A stretch of 64,000 nt of DNA from Haliotis cracherodii. Lineage: Eukaryota. How positions within the stretch are numbered: the stretch's first letter is position 1; each line of letters opens with the position of its first letter. Under the pieces are notes generated by a model, which was not told the DNA's origin, ran no database searches, and saw nothing but the letters and a program-made list of their open reading frames with translations. Both the position numbers and the translations under genes were made by a program. Positions 23,131 to 37,615 of the stretch are shown here, piece by piece. The stretch covers positions 29,760,001 to 29,824,000 of the forward strand of contig NW_027266272.1 in the NCBI RefSeq assembly GCF_022045235.1, written 5' to 3'.

Positions 23131-24794
23131 ATGAATGCTACTACGACAGGTAGGCCTATATGACATTTGCATTTTTACCAGCAATAAAGCATCATGTAAT
23201 AACTTTTAATGTGTTCACAATGCGCACCACAAAATTGGTAAAACGCTGGTGTTTCCATACACTAATTTCAATTTTCATATTCTGTACAGACCTTATATTG
23301 AAAAATACAACTTTAATATGTAATTTGTAACCTGAACGTTTTAGTAACGCAAGGTATAGAAACTAAACATGATACAGGACACGTTCCACTTAGTGAAAAT
23401 GAAAGTGTAGAATCCCCGAAGACACGCCTGATTTTCTTTTCAAAAGACTGAGTTTTAATGAATTGTTTATTATTAAAACGACAAGTCTCAATGAAAATCT
23501 TAATACTTATTTAAGCACTTCTAGTGTCTTCATTTAGTTAAAATAATGAATTCTCTATTATAGTGCCTGTTCCCCGCTTGCCCACCGGGCTGCCAACAGT
23601 GGTGATGGGAGATGGAACAAGATGTCTGGTAGATCACAACACTATCTGGTTACCAGCTGGTAATCCTGTGAACCTCTCCTTGGGTCCTGGTTACCCACAG
23701 CCAAGACTCCTGCAGCCTGGAGTTCAGCCATCTGTGACTGGTATCCCCCTGCCTCCTGCATTCCAGCAACCACCTTGCAGTAGACGTAGGGAGACGATGC
23801 CTGTCAGCCTGCCCAGTTCAGCGCTAGATCTTCAGCTGATGAGACCAGAGGTATAGTACGGTTTTGATCATTAAATAATGGAACTGAAAAAGCCTGCATG
23901 ATTATATTTGTTTATTGCAAAATATGAAAATGATACATTGACTGTATCACCCATCAGGCCTTCTCCTGTGCCCTGTCCCCACTTGACCTTCCCAGATCAG
24001 TACCACAACTCATGCCCACAGCCCATGTGAAAACTCCAGGCGTATCTACAGCAAGCAACTCCAAACCCAATTCCAAGACCCCTCTCCTACCAAAGCAAAA
24101 ACCTGAGCTCAAACCCTGCAAACGCAGGCCCCGCACTTTCAGACCAAAACCTCAGCCAAAGCATCGCATTCCCAAGGAGAAAGTGGGCAAGCATCAGCCT
24201 GAGAGCAAGCCCTACTTTGTGCCTCAGCCTCTTGGAGCTCGGAAAATGAAAGAACAGAGCAGAACCCGGGGGAATCGTATCACTAAGCCTTCGGGTGATA
24301 ATGGTATCATTAAGTCCTCATCTAAGCTTAGTTTTGCCGAACAGTTGTTGTCTGCTGATCGTGCTTACTTAAAGCCAAAGTCTGTCTTGCCCAGTAAAGG
24401 TTGCAAGACCTTGCCTGTCCCTGTTGATAATGTAAAGGATAAGGTTGTTTCAGCATCAGAGAGTGCTAAGTCAGGTGGTGTCACTGCTGTAACAGTAAGT
24501 GTAAATTCTGACAATGCAGTGGACAGAGCTGAGCCAAACTCTGATGATGAATATGATGTGGAATATCTGTATCTTACTAAACTCATTTTAAGGAAAAAGA
24601 GGAAACCCACTGCTGAGCCCAGCAAGGAGTCCCTGCCCTCACGCAAGAGGAAGTGCCCAGATGACAACAGCGAGGTGCCCCAAGCTGTGAAGCTGGCAAG
24701 ACTGGAGGAGCCCCAGGACACTCTGGAGGACCTGGAAGCTCTCCTGGCTGAGTACAGCTCCAGTCTCTCATGTGGCACCAGGGACTTCTTCTAA
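23131..24794 (+). CDS. Orphan Pro/Lys-rich putative nuclear protein, copy B; exons 23131-23149, 23564-23850, 23958-24794 (380 aa)
   Basis: Same 19-nt first coding exon and intron phases as copy A. Indels between copies are multiples of 3 and the ORF is intact. Confidence 0.8.
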
Positions 24795-27700
24795 ACACTG
24801 TAAGGTGCAGGGGACAGGTAGGTATAGATTAGTGTATCATGGTTAGGTTTATGTAAGTACATGGTGATCCTTCTCTTACCCTCATTCCTTCTTTGTTATT
24901 TTGACCATCTGCTACTGATTCTGTTTTATAAACTCTTCATTTTTGTTCTACTCTTCCCTACCCTGTACTGTCCTACTCTACCCTCTCTTGTACTCTTATA
25001 CTCCACTCTCCTCATTATTGCACTGCTCTTCCCTTCTCCGTACTGTTCTGCTCTACCCTCTTTATTATTCTACTCAATCCTCCTCTACTCTGTCCTACTC
25101 TATCCCACACTGTACTGTCCTACTTTACCCTACTTTGAACTGCCCTACTCTACTCTGTAATGTTCTACTGTACCCTCATCTTTGTTGTGCTCTATCCCAC
25201 TCTGTACTATCCAACTATACCGTTCTCTGTACTGTCCTACTCTACACTACTCTGCACTGTGCTAATCTGAACTATCCTACTCTACCCTCCTCTGTACTGT
25301 CCTACTCTACCCTACTCTGTACTTTCATACTCTAACCTATTCTGTACTGTACTGTCCTACTCTACCCTACTTTGTACTGTTCTACTCTACCCTACTCTGT
25401 ACTGTCCTACTCTATTCTACTCTGTACTGTCCTACTTTACCCTACTTTGAACTGTCCTACTCTACTCTATAATGTTCTATTCTACCCTCATTATTGTTGT
25501 TGTTCTCTATCCCCCTCTGTACTATCCAACTATACCATTCTCTCTACTGTCCTACTGTACCCTACTCTGTACTGTCCTACTCTACACTACTCTGCACTGT
25601 CCTACTCTCTACTGTTCTACTCTACCCTACTCTATACTGTCCTACTCTAGCCTACTCTGCACTGTCCTACTCTGTACTGTCCTACTCTACCCTATCCTGT
25701 ACTGTCTTACTCTACCGTACTCTGAACTGTCCTACTCTACGCTACTCTATACTGTCCTACTCTACCCTACTCTATACTGTCCTAATATACCCTACTCTGT
25801 ACTGCCCTTCTCTGTCCTACTCTGTACAGTCCTACTCTACCCTACCCTGTACAGTCCTACTCTACACTACTCTGCACTGTGCTAATCTGAACTGTCCTAC
25901 TCTGCCCTTCTCTGTACTGTCCTACTCTACCCTACTCTGTACTGCCCTACTCTACCCTACTCTGTAAAGTCCTACTCTACCCTACCCTGTACTGTCCTAC
26001 TCTGCACAGTGCTAATCTGTACTGTCCTACTCTAATCCCTACTCTGTACTACCCTACTCTGTACTGTCCTACTCTATCCTGCTTTACTCTACCCTACTCT
26101 GTACTGTCCTACTCTATCCTTCTCTGTACTGTCCTACTTTACCCTACTTTAAACTGTCCTACTCTACTCTGTAATGTTCTATTCTACCCTCATGTTTGTT
26201 GTTGTGCTCTATCCCCCTCTGTACTATCCAACTATACCATTCTCTGTACTGTCCTACAGTACCCTACTCTGTACCGGCCTACTCTACACTACTCTGCACT
26301 GTCCTACTCTGTACTGTCCTACCCTACCCTACTCTGTAACTGTCCTACTCTACCCTACTCTATACTGTCCTACTCTACCCTACTCTATACTGTCCTAATA
26401 TAACCTACTCTGTACAGTCCTACTCTACCCTATCCTGTACTGTCATACTCTACACTACTCTGCACTGTGCTAATCTTAGCTGTGCTACTCTACCCTCCTC
26501 TGTACTGCCCTACTCTACCCCACTATCTACTGGCCTACTCTACCCTACTCAGTACTGTCCTAACTTACCCAACTCTCAACTGTCCTACCTTACACTACTT
26601 TGCACTGTCCTACTCTGTACTGTCCTACTCTATCGTACTCTGTCCTCCTTTACTCTACCCAACTCTGTACTGTCCTACTCTACACTACTTTCCACTGTCC
26701 TACTCTGTACTGTCCTACTCTATTGTACTCTGTCCTACTTTACTCTACCCAACTCTGTACTGACCTACTCTACACTACTTTGCACTGTCCTACTCTACCC
26801 CACTTTCTACTGCCTACTCTACCCTACTCTGTACTGTCCTACTCTACCCTACTCTGTACTGCCATACTCTACCCCACTTTCTACTGGCCTACTCTACCCT
26901 ACTCTGTACTGGCCTACTCTACCCTACTCTGTACTGCCCTACTCTACTCAGCTCTACTCTCTACTGTTCTACTCTACTCTGTACCGTCCTAATCTACCCA
27001 ACTCTGTACTGTCCTACTCTACTCTACTCTTTACTGTTCTACTCTACTCTGTACTATCCTACCTTACACTACTTTGCACTGTCCTGCTCTGTACTGTCCT
27101 ACTCTATCATGCTCTGTCCTACTTTACTCTACCCAACTCTGTACTGTCCTACTCTACACTACTTTGCACTGTCCTACTCTGTACTGTCCTACTCTATTGT
27201 ACTCTGTCCTACTTTACTCTACCCATTCTGTACTGTCCTACTCTACCCTACTTTGTACTGTCCTACCCTACCCTACTCTGTACTGTCCTACTCTACCCTA
27301 TTCTGTACAGTCCTACTCTACACTAATCTGCACTGTCCCACTCTGTACTGTCTTACTCTACCCACCTCTGTCCTGCTTTACTCTACCCTACTCTGTACTG
27401 TCCTACTCTACCCTACTCTTTACTGTCCTACTCTACCCTACTCTTTACAGTCCTACTCTACCTTACTCTCTACTTTCCTGCTCTACACTACTTTCCACTG
27501 TCCTACACTCTACTGTCCTCCTCTGTACTGTCCTGCTCTATCCTACTATGTCCTGCTTTACTCTACCCTACTCTGCACTGTCCTACTCTACTCTACTCTG
27601 TACTGTCCTACTCTGTACTGTCCTAATCTACCTTACTCTGTACTGTCTTACTCTACCCTACTCCGTACTGCCCTACTCTACTCTACTCCGTACTGTCCTA

Positions 27701-30700
27701 CTCTGTACTGTCTTACGCTATCAACCTCTGTCCTGCTTTACTCTACCCTACTCTGTACTGTCCTACTCTACCCTACTCTGTACTGTCCTGCTCTTCACTA
27801 CTTTGCACTGTCCAACCTCTACTGTCCTACTCTGTACTGTCCTATTCTACCCATTCTGTCCTGCTTTACTCTACCCCACACTGTACTGTCCTACTGTATA
27901 CTGTCTTTCTCTACACTTCTCTGCACTGTCCTACTCCGTACTGTCCTACTCTACACTTCTCTGCACTGTCCTACTCTGTTCTGTCTTACTCTATCCACCT
28001 CTGTCCTGCTTTACTCTACCCTAATGTGTACTGTCCTACTCTACCCTACTCAGTACTGTCCTACTCTACCCTACTCTTTACTATCCTAATCTACCCTACT
28101 CTCTACTGTTCTGCTCTACACTACTTTGCACTGTCCTACTCTCTACTGTCCTCCTCTGTACTGTCCTACTCTATCCACCTCTGCCCTGCTTTACTTTATC
28201 TTACTCTGTACTGTCCTACTCTACCCAACTCTGTACTGTCCTACTCTACTCTACTCTTTTCTGTTCTACTCTACTCTGTACTATCCTACCTTACACTACT
28301 TTGCACTGTCCTACTCTGTACTGTCCTACTCTACCATACTCTGTCCTACTTTACTCTACCCAACTCTGTACTGTCCTACTCTATTGTACTCTGTCCTACT
28401 TTACTCTACCCATTCTGTACTGTACTACTCTACCCTACTCTGTACTGTCCTACTCTACCCTACTCTGTACTGTCCTACTCTACACTAATCTGCACTGTCC
28501 TACTCTGTACTGTCCTACTTTGTACTGTCCTGCTCTATCCAACTCTGTCCTGCTTTACTCTACCCTACTGTGTACCATCCTACTCTACCCTACTCTGTAC
28601 TGTCCTACTCTACCCTGCTCTTTACTGTCCTACTCTACCGTACTCTCTACTGTCCTGCTCTACACTACTTTGCACTGTCCTACACTCTACTGTACTTCTC
28701 TGTACTCTCCTACTCTATCCAACTCTGTCCTGCTTTACTCTACCCTACTCGGTACTGTCCTAATCTTTCCCACTTTCTACTGTCCTACTCTACCCTCCTC
28801 TATACTGCCCTACTCTACTCCACTTTCTACTGGCCTACTCTACCCTACGCTTTACTGTCCTAATCTACCCAACTCTGTACTACCCTACTCTACTCTACTG
28901 CTCTACTCTACTCTACTGTCCTACTCTCTACTGTTCTACTCTACTCTGTACTGTCCTACCTTACACTACTTTGCACTGGCCTACTCTGTACTGTCCTACT
29001 CTATCGTACTCTGATCTACTTAACTCTACCCAACTCTGTACTATCCTACTCTACACTACTTTACACTGTCCTACTCTGTACTGTCCTACTCTATTGTACT
29101 CTGTCTTACTTTACTCTACCCATTCTGTACTGTCCTATTCTACCCTTCTCTGTACTGTCTTACTCTACCCTACTCTATACTGTCCTAATCTACCCTACTC
29201 TGTACTGCCCCACTCAACCCTACATGTACTTTGCACAGTCCTTCTATGTACTGTCCTACTCTGTGCTGTCCCACTCAACCCTAATCTGTACTGCCCTGCT
29301 CTTCACTACTTTGCACTGTCCAACCTCTACTGTCCTACTCTGTACTGTCCTATTCTAATCCAATATGTCCTGCTTTACTCTACTCTAATCTGTACTGCCC
29401 TACTCTACTCTACTCTGTACTGTTCAACTCTATCGTACTTTGTCCTGCTTTACTCTACCCTATTCTGTACTGTCCTATTCTACCCTACTCTGTACTGTCC
29501 TTCTCTACACTACTCTGCACTGTCCTACTCTGTACTGGCCTACTCTACACTACTCTGCACTGTCCTACTCCACTCTACTCTGTACTGTCCTAATCTACCC
29601 TACTCTGTACTGTCTTACTCTACCTTACTCTGTACTGTAGTACTCTACCCTACTCTATACTGTCCTTCTCTACACTACTCTGCACTGTCCTACTCTGTAC
29701 TGGCCTACTCTACACTACTCTGCACTGTCCTACTCCACTCTACTCTGTACTGTCCTAATCTACCCTACTCTGTACTGTCTTACTCTACCTTACTCTGTAC
29801 TGTAGTACTCTACCCTACTCTGTACTGTCCTACTCCACCCTGCTCTGTACTGTCCTACTCTACCCTACTCTGCACTGTCCTACTCTACCCTACTGTGTAC
29901 TGTCCTACTCTACCCTACTCTGCACTGTCCTACTCTACCCTACTCTGTACTGTCCTACTCCACTCTACTTTGTACTGTCCTACTCTACCCTAGTCTGTAC
30001 TGTCCTACTCCACTCTACTCTGCACTGTCCTACTCCACTCTACTCTGTACTGTCCTACTCTACCCTACTCTGTACTGTCCTACTCCACTCTACTCTGTAC
30101 TGTCCTACTCTACCCTACTCTGTACTGTCCTACTCCACTCTACTCTGTACTGCCCTACTCTACCCTACTCTGTACTGTCCTACTCTACCCTACTCTGCAC
30201 TGTCCTACTCTAACCTACTCTGTACTGTCTTACTCTACCCTTCTCTGTACTGTCCTACTCTACCCTACTCTGTACTGTCCTGCTCTACCCTACTCTGTAC
30301 TGCCCTACTCTACCCTACCCTGTACAGTCCTACTCTACACTATTCTGCACTGTGCTAATCTGAACTGTCTTACTCTACCCTTCTCTGTAATGTCCTACTC
30401 TACCCTACTCTGTACTGTCCTGCTCTACCCTACTCTGTACTGCCCTACTCTACCCTACTCTGTAAAGTCCTACTCTACCCTACCCTGTACTGTCCTACTC
30501 TGCACATTGCTAATCTGAACTGTCCTATTCTACCCTCCTCTGTACTGTCCTACTCTACACTACTCTGTACTTTCCTACTCTACCCTACTCTGTACTGCCC
30601 TAGTCTACCATCCTCTGTACTTTCCTTCTCTAACCTATTCTGTACTGTCCTACTCTACCCTACTCTGTACTACCCTGCTCTACCCTCCTCTGTACTTACC

Positions 30701-31599
30701 TTCTCTAACCTATTCTGTACTGTCCTACTCTACCCTACTCTGTACTACCCTACTCTACTTTACTCTACCCTACTCTGTACTGTCCTACTCTATCCTTCTC
30801 TCTACTGTCCTACTTTACCCTATTTTAAACTGTCCTACTCTACTCTGTAATGTTCTATTATACCCTCATGTTTGTTGTTGTGCTCTATCCCCCTCTGTAC
30901 TATCCAACTATACCATTCTCTGTACTGTCCTACAGTACCCTACTCTTTACTGGCCTACTCTGTACTGTCCTACTCTATCGTACTCTGATCTACTTTACTC
31001 TACCCAACTCTTTACTATCCTACTCTACACTACTTTACACTGTCCTACTCTGTACTGTCCTACTCTATTGTACTCTGTCCTACTTTACTCTACCCATTCT
31101 GTACTGTCCTAATCTACCCTTCTCTGTACTGTCTTACTCTACCCTACTCTATACTGTCCTAATCTACCCTACTCTGTACTGCCCCACTCAACCCTACTTT
31201 GCACAGTCCTTCTATGTACTGTCCTACTCTGTACTGTCTTACTCTATCCTACTTTACTCTACCCTACTCTGTACTGTCCCACTCAACCCTAATCTGTACT
31301 GCCCTGCTCTTCACTACTTTGCACTGTCCAACCTCTACTGTCCTACTCTGTACTGTCCTATTCTAATCTAATCTGTCCTGCTTTACTCTACTCTAATCTG
31401 TACTGCCCTACTCTACTCTACTCTGTACTGTCCTACTCTACTCTAATCTGTACTGCCGTACTCTACTCTACTCTGTACTGCCGTACTCTACCATACTCTG
31501 TACTGTCCTACTCTACCCTTCCCTGTATTGCCCTACTCTACCCCACTTTCTACTGGCCTACTCTACCGTACTCTGTAATGTCCTAATCTACCCTACCCT

Positions 31600-34500
31600 G
31601 CCTGCAACCTCCGTGTATCGCGGTACTTGTCATGTACGCTGAACGGAACAAAATGCACTCACTAACCTTTATGATTATTTGTGTTCTCTGTATCATACGC
31701 CATTTATTTTATCTAAATATGCACATTTTACTGATAAAAGTTCATTATTTCCATTCGTAGCGCCGAGTAAAAGCCAGGCCTCGCGCTCGGTTTGACAAGG
31801 GAGAGAACTCCATCGTATCGCGGTAAAGGGAAAAGTTGTGTATGGAGGCCCAAGTCAGACAAAAATGTTTACCTGCCACAAAGTATGATGATGCCAGACT
31901 TCGTGATTCATCCAGACAAGTGCAAAGACAGCACACAGGAAGAAAATGCATAAATAGTTCATTAGTCCCGAAATTTTTCAAAATCTAGAACAATGGAGTA
32001 ATAGGTTAACAGTTAAATAGTCACCAAGGAGACAGTTTAAACACAGTGGGGGCACTGGAATTCACCATGACGCCTTACAAATGTGGTATTTGTACAAAAT
32101 GACAGATGTGTCCAGTGTTGACATTTGTCACACTGAGCCCACTTGACAATCACCAGATAAGGGCATGACCTTAGTCCTGGTGGGGTGTGCTTGCCACAAA
32201 CACAGCAGTTCTCTGAATCATCCTCAGACACATCAGGAGATGAACCTTGTTCTGAGTCGGAACTGTTAACCCAAAATGAAGATGGACCTGGCTGAGGACT
32301 TGTAGGTTTGGAATGCTTGACACAGGCAGCACGTTTTGTCGAAGTAGTAGCAGATCTCTTCAAATGTGTACTCTTTGCTGGAATGTTGGTTTGATTCTGT
32401 AGCTTTTTTGTGCTTTTTGAGGACTGCATAATTTCAACATTTTTTTGCTTCAGAAGATTTCCAGTCAGAAACGGTGGCACAAATTTTTTCTTAGGTTTAC
32501 AGAAGACTTTTGTGATCCTCCGCTCTTGAAGAAACTGGCTTGTACTGGAAGCTGAAGGAACCTGAACTGGTGGTGTAACATCTGAACGGCTACCTGGGGT
32601 TTCATGCGTGGATTCTAAAGGTGGAGCATCCAGGGGTGCTTCATTTTCCTGATTTCCTTTGTCTGAGTGAGGATATATAGTTGCAGGTGCTACGGACAGA
32701 TCCTCAATAGTCTTGTTGGAAAAAGGATAAATCCCAGATTTCCAGAAAGCTGACGCCAAATTATCTGGAGACATTGCCCTCAAATATGGTTTGGCAGTGA
32801 GCTTGGCAATCTCGTATTAGGTGATTTTCACACCTGGATTCCGTTGAAGATACAACTGACATTCCCTGCTGTACATAGATTTAAAGGGCCCAAACACTGC
32901 AACATCCAGAGGCTGGGTGATATGACTGGTATGTGGTGGCAGGACAAACAAAATCACGTTGTGCTTCTTGGCCCAGTCAACTAGAGTTAAAGACACATGT
33001 GATCTATGGCCATCAAAGAGAACTAATGTTTTCGGTGACATCGGATCTGTGCTTATCCCTGCATGCTTCACAAAGTGTTTTGTGAGATAATTCTGAAATA
33101 TCTTTGCATTAGACCATCCACTGTCTGACATTTCTCCAGAAGATCCAGGTGGCGCTCCATCCAGGAACTGGTCATTCCACCTCTTGCCAGGGAAAACAAA
33201 GTATGGAGGAATGTGGTTACCAATGGCATTACCACCACCGATAATTGTAACTGTGGAAGATCTTGGTGATGTTACTGCTTGTGGTTGGGAAGTGGAGTCA
33301 CAGACGATCTTAGGAGGGGCATGCTCAGTACTGATCCCAGTCTCATCCATGTTGTAGATCCTTTCTGGATTATCTCGCAATTCATTAAAAGTCAAAATGG
33401 TGGCAAGCTCCTTAAAGTAGGAACGCAGTGCTTCGCGGGAGGCATATTGTGCTCTCAGCATGGATAGTTTCTGGGGTTTGGCAAGTTTAACTTCGGGCCA
33501 TCGCCTTAGAAACCCATAAAACTAGTTGTCACTAAGAGGTCTATCACTCTTAGTTTTTCTGCCACATGTCACTGCAAAATCGGCTGCCAGGTATTGCACA
33601 TTGAGCTTTGTGTAGCCATATCCTATGCTGGACATGTACTTTATGTGAGTGACTAACTGTTGCTCCTCTTTGTCAGACAAAAGCGTCTCTCCACCGGGCT
33701 TGGCATGGACAGGAACATTACCCCTTGTTCTGTCTCGAAGAGTTGACTCTGGAATTGTATACAAACGAGATGCACCATATACTGACATACCATCGCGAGT
33801 GGCATCATGGTCAAGTGCACGCTGCAAATTGGCAGCATCATATTGGCATCTAATTTTAACTGTCTTAGGCTGCTGAAAAGTTAGCTGCCTCCTTACTTTA
33901 ACAGTCTTGCTATCCTGAAAAGAGAAAAGGTAAGTAGAATTTAGTCTGTGCAATAAATAATAGGTATTACATGCATTCTTACCATTTTACCCCCCCAAAA
34001 TTAATTTAAAAAAAACACAAACAACAAGTATGAGTAAAATATTGTAAGATTTTTATGAAAAAAGGATCAACAGTATTTGTCAAAAAAATTGAAAAAATGT
34101 GTAAAAATATTGTTTTAAAAAACTTTTAAATATATACATAAAAGGCACTACAGAAAACTATAAATACACATTTTTTCGAATTTACCACTCCTTTTATGAC
34201 ACCATTATGTATTCAACATATTTGGCTCGAAGTCAGGAACGTACTGGTAAATATGGCATTATGGCCCTTATTATGTACCATACATTTCTGACAACTTAGC
34301 GGAAACAAATGTGTGGACTACGTCACTTCTGCTACCTTATTTGTCAACATGAATATGCAGACGACCTTGTTCAGGTCGACCGAGAAAGTTTACTTGAGAA
34401 AAAGCGGGTTATATCGAAGTCAATTGATAGATAGGGGTAAGGCACTATTTCAAAACATGCCAGAACTAAGTATCAATCTGTCTTTAAATGATTACTTACC

Positions 34501-34666
34501 AGTAGACGGAACATTCTGCAGAAATTGCATTTGTTTACGAAGCGAAGACTTTCTGGTTGCTGATTTGCATATGTAAACAGCCGCTAGGAGGCGTGTCCCG
34601 CGTGAACTACCGGAAATCACAAATGCCGCGATACGATGAATGCCGCGGTACCATGGGGTCCGAGTA
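31600..34666 (-). mobile_element. Full-length pogo-superfamily DNA transposon
   Basis: Both ends are defined by comparison with 7694-8710 and by the interrupted satellite; TA follows the right end. Confidence 0.92.
32037..34259 (-). pseudogene. pogo-type transposase (HTH_psq/CENP-B-like HTH, DD35D, C-terminal PHD finger); predicted exons 34259-34245 and 33914-32037 (~630 aa) with two in-frame stops
   Basis: ORFs 33522-33953, 32817-33461 and 32037-32783 share one frame, broken only by TAG (33522) and TAA (32817). Catalytic motifs NMDETG, FDGHRSH, QPLD with 35 aa between D2 and D3; CCVC...CDKCQHWTH...C...CPHC. Phase-0 intron gtacgt..ttttcag. Confidence 0.9.
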
Positions 34667-36544
34667 TACTGCCCTTATCTACCAACTCTGTATTGTCCTA
34701 CTCTACTCTCTACTGTCCTATTCTACTCTGTACTGTCCTACTCTATCGTACTCTGTCCTGCTTTACTCTACCCTTCTCTGTACTGCCCTACTCTACTCTA
34801 CTCTGTACTGTCCTACTCTACTCTGTACTGTCCTACTCTATCGTACTATGTCCTAGTTTACTCTACCCAACTCTGTACTGTCCTACTCTATCCACCTCTG
34901 TCCTGCTTTACTCTACCCTACTCTGTACTGTCCTACTCTACCCTACTCTGTACTGTCATACTCTACCCTACTCTGTACTGTCCTACTCTACCCTACTCTG
35001 TACTGTCCTACTCTACCCTACTCTTTACTGCCCTACTCTACCCTTTTCTGTACTGTCCTACTCTACACTACTCTGCACTCTCCTACTCTGTACTATCCTA
35101 CTCTACACTACTCTGTACTGTCCTACTCTGTACTGTCTTACCCTATCAACCTCTGTCCTGCTTTACTCTACCCTACTCTGTACCGTCCCACTCAACCCTA
35201 CTCTGTACTGTCCTGCTCTACACTACTTTGCACTGTCCTACTCTCTACTGTCCTACTCTGTCCTGCTTTACTCTACTCTACTCTGTACTGTCCTTCTGTA
35301 CCCTACTCTGTACTGTCCCATTGCACACTACTCTGCACTGTCCTACTCTACTCTACTCTGTACTGTCCTAATCTACCCTACTCTGTACTGCCCTACTCTA
35401 CTCTACACTATCCTACTCTATTGTACTCTCTCCTGCTTTCCTCTACCCTTCTCTGTGCTGTCCTAATCTACCTTACTCTGTACTGTCTTACTCTACCCTA
35501 CTCTATACTGTCCTAATCTACCCTACTCTGTACTGCCCTACTCTACTCTAATCTGTACTGCCCATCTCTACTCTACTCTGTACTGTCCTAATCTCTACTG
35601 TCCTACACTGTACTGTCTGACTCTATGCACCTCTGTCCTGCTTTACTCTACCTTACTCTCTACTGTCCTACTCTACCCTACTCTGTACTGTCCTACTCTA
35701 CCCTACTCTTTACTGTCCTACTCTACCCTACTCTGTACTGTCCTACTCTCTACTGTCCTACACTGTACTGTCTTACTCTATCCACCTGTCCTGCTTTACT
35801 CTAACTTACTCTGTACTGTCCTACTCTACCCTACTCTTTACTGTCCATGTCTACCCTACTCTGTACTGTCCTACTCTTCACTACTCTGCACTGTCCTACT
35901 CTGTACTGTCTTACTCTATCAACCTGTCCTGCTTTACTCTACCCTAATCTGTACTGTCCCACTCAACCCTACTCTGTACTGTCCTACTCTGTACTGTCCT
36001 ACCCTTCAAATCTATCCTTTGTACTGCCCTACTTTACCGTATGCACTTTCCTTATCTGCACTGTCCACTACTCTATATATTTTCCAAGACTATCAAGCTC
36101 TTTAATGTCCACATTAAATACTTTACTGTAACACATCATGTCCTGTCATGATCTACACTTCTCAGTAATGCCCTTTTCTACTATGTACTGTCCTGCTGTA
36201 CCCTACTATGTATCGTCCAACTCTTCCCTCTATTATTCTACTCTATCCTCCTTCATACTGTTGTACTGTTCCCTCTACTCTATCCTCCGCTGTGCTGTCC
36301 GAATTTGCGCCCCTATTTATTGCTGTATCTGCACTGTCCACTACACTCTTTATTTTCCTAGACTAGCGCCCCCTACATTACATACTTTACCTTCCCATCA
36401 TATCCCATTCTAATCTATATTTCTCTATAATGCCCTCCACTACTATGCTACTATGTAGTATTGTACTATTCTACTGTCCGAGTCCGTCCTACTCTGTATT
36501 AATCTACTCTCTTTTATATTGTGCTACGCTTTCCTCCACTGTAC

Positions 36545-37615
36545 TGTCCTACTCGACTTGTATTTGAATTTTCCTTGAAATAAATTTAGTGAGAATGTTA
36601 AATTGAATAAAGAAAAATATATGTTGAGGAAATATGTCACTGTGCGCTTTTGTAATCAAACCTGGGGTGGATAGGAACGGCTGTGAGGGGAGGTTGGAGG
36701 CCGTACATTTTGGATGTAACAGAAGTACATGTATTTGTACATATTTTTAATTTGTTTAAGTTCTTTCTTAATAAAATATCTCTTGGCAGTCTAAAAGTTA
36801 CTGTTGTATTTTAACGAATAAAGTCAACCGCGGAGCTGGTTAATGTGGAGGAACAATTGAGTGCAAAAATGTTGCAAAACATCTACACACTACTTGATGC
36901 CTATGGCAGTACTGTCAAATCATTATCTGAGGGTGAATGAGTAAACATTTTACATCACATTGGCACTATATATTATTGCAACAAATGTAGTAATGAGAGA
37001 CCACATATGGGTTGTCCATCGGGAGGAAACTATGTTATATGAGTGAGGCTGTACCATTTTCTATTCTCCAAGATAAATGTGAAACATAATGCAACACACT
37101 GGTTAGGAAATGCATGAGTAAGTGACAGAAGAAGTTGACAACGTATATCTAGGTATAGTACCTGTGTAGCTTCACATGCATCTCCAGGGTATACTAAAGG
37201 AATGTTCTGACCTGGGCCCTTTATGTGAAAATTTCAAATATACCAGAGGGAGGCCCATACAAGCACAATGTTAAAATGGCCCATTGTAATAAAATGTGGG
37301 CCTTTTTTCATATTTAGGGGCTAAATGAACAAGGCACCACCCCAGAATTATGCCTGTATCTCTGAGTGAAGCAGTGGAAACGTGTAACACATGTTTGTTA
37401 ACACACTCATGAGTGAGTGATTGAGGTAATCGGCATTGTTGCAACTTTACCATGGCGGCGTGTCAGGTAATCCAGCCTATACAAGGCAAACCAGTGGTTA
37501 GTGGGACAAGATGATTCATAGTAAACCATTTTACGGTTAGTCAATGATGAACACTGGCAATAAGCTGATACAACACGTCACAGCTGGTCCTCCATTTAGA
37601 GCTATTCATACGCAG
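36545..37615 (+). other. Conserved non-coding block downstream of gene copy B
   Basis: Colinear with 14095-15080. Confidence 0.6.
37185..37356. mobile_element. 172-bp MITE
   Basis: Absent from the paralogous site at ~14820. Termini caggg.ata / tatgcctg; 6-bp TSD catctc/tatctc. Confidence 0.7.

Larger units (their letters stand above)
24945..36555. repeat. 25-bp pentamer-based satellite, array 2 (24945-31599 and 34667-36555), split by the pogo element
   Basis: Same unit as array 1. A marker variant (aatgttcta...ccctca...ttgttg...tatccaactatacc) recurs at ~25160, 25470, 26170 and 30850, showing large internal duplications. Confidence 0.95.

Noticed and set aside
7694-34666. Composite transposon carrying both orphan genes between the two pogo copies
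   Set aside because: Each copy has both of its own ends, and the satellite continues on both sides of the second copy, indicating independent insertions.
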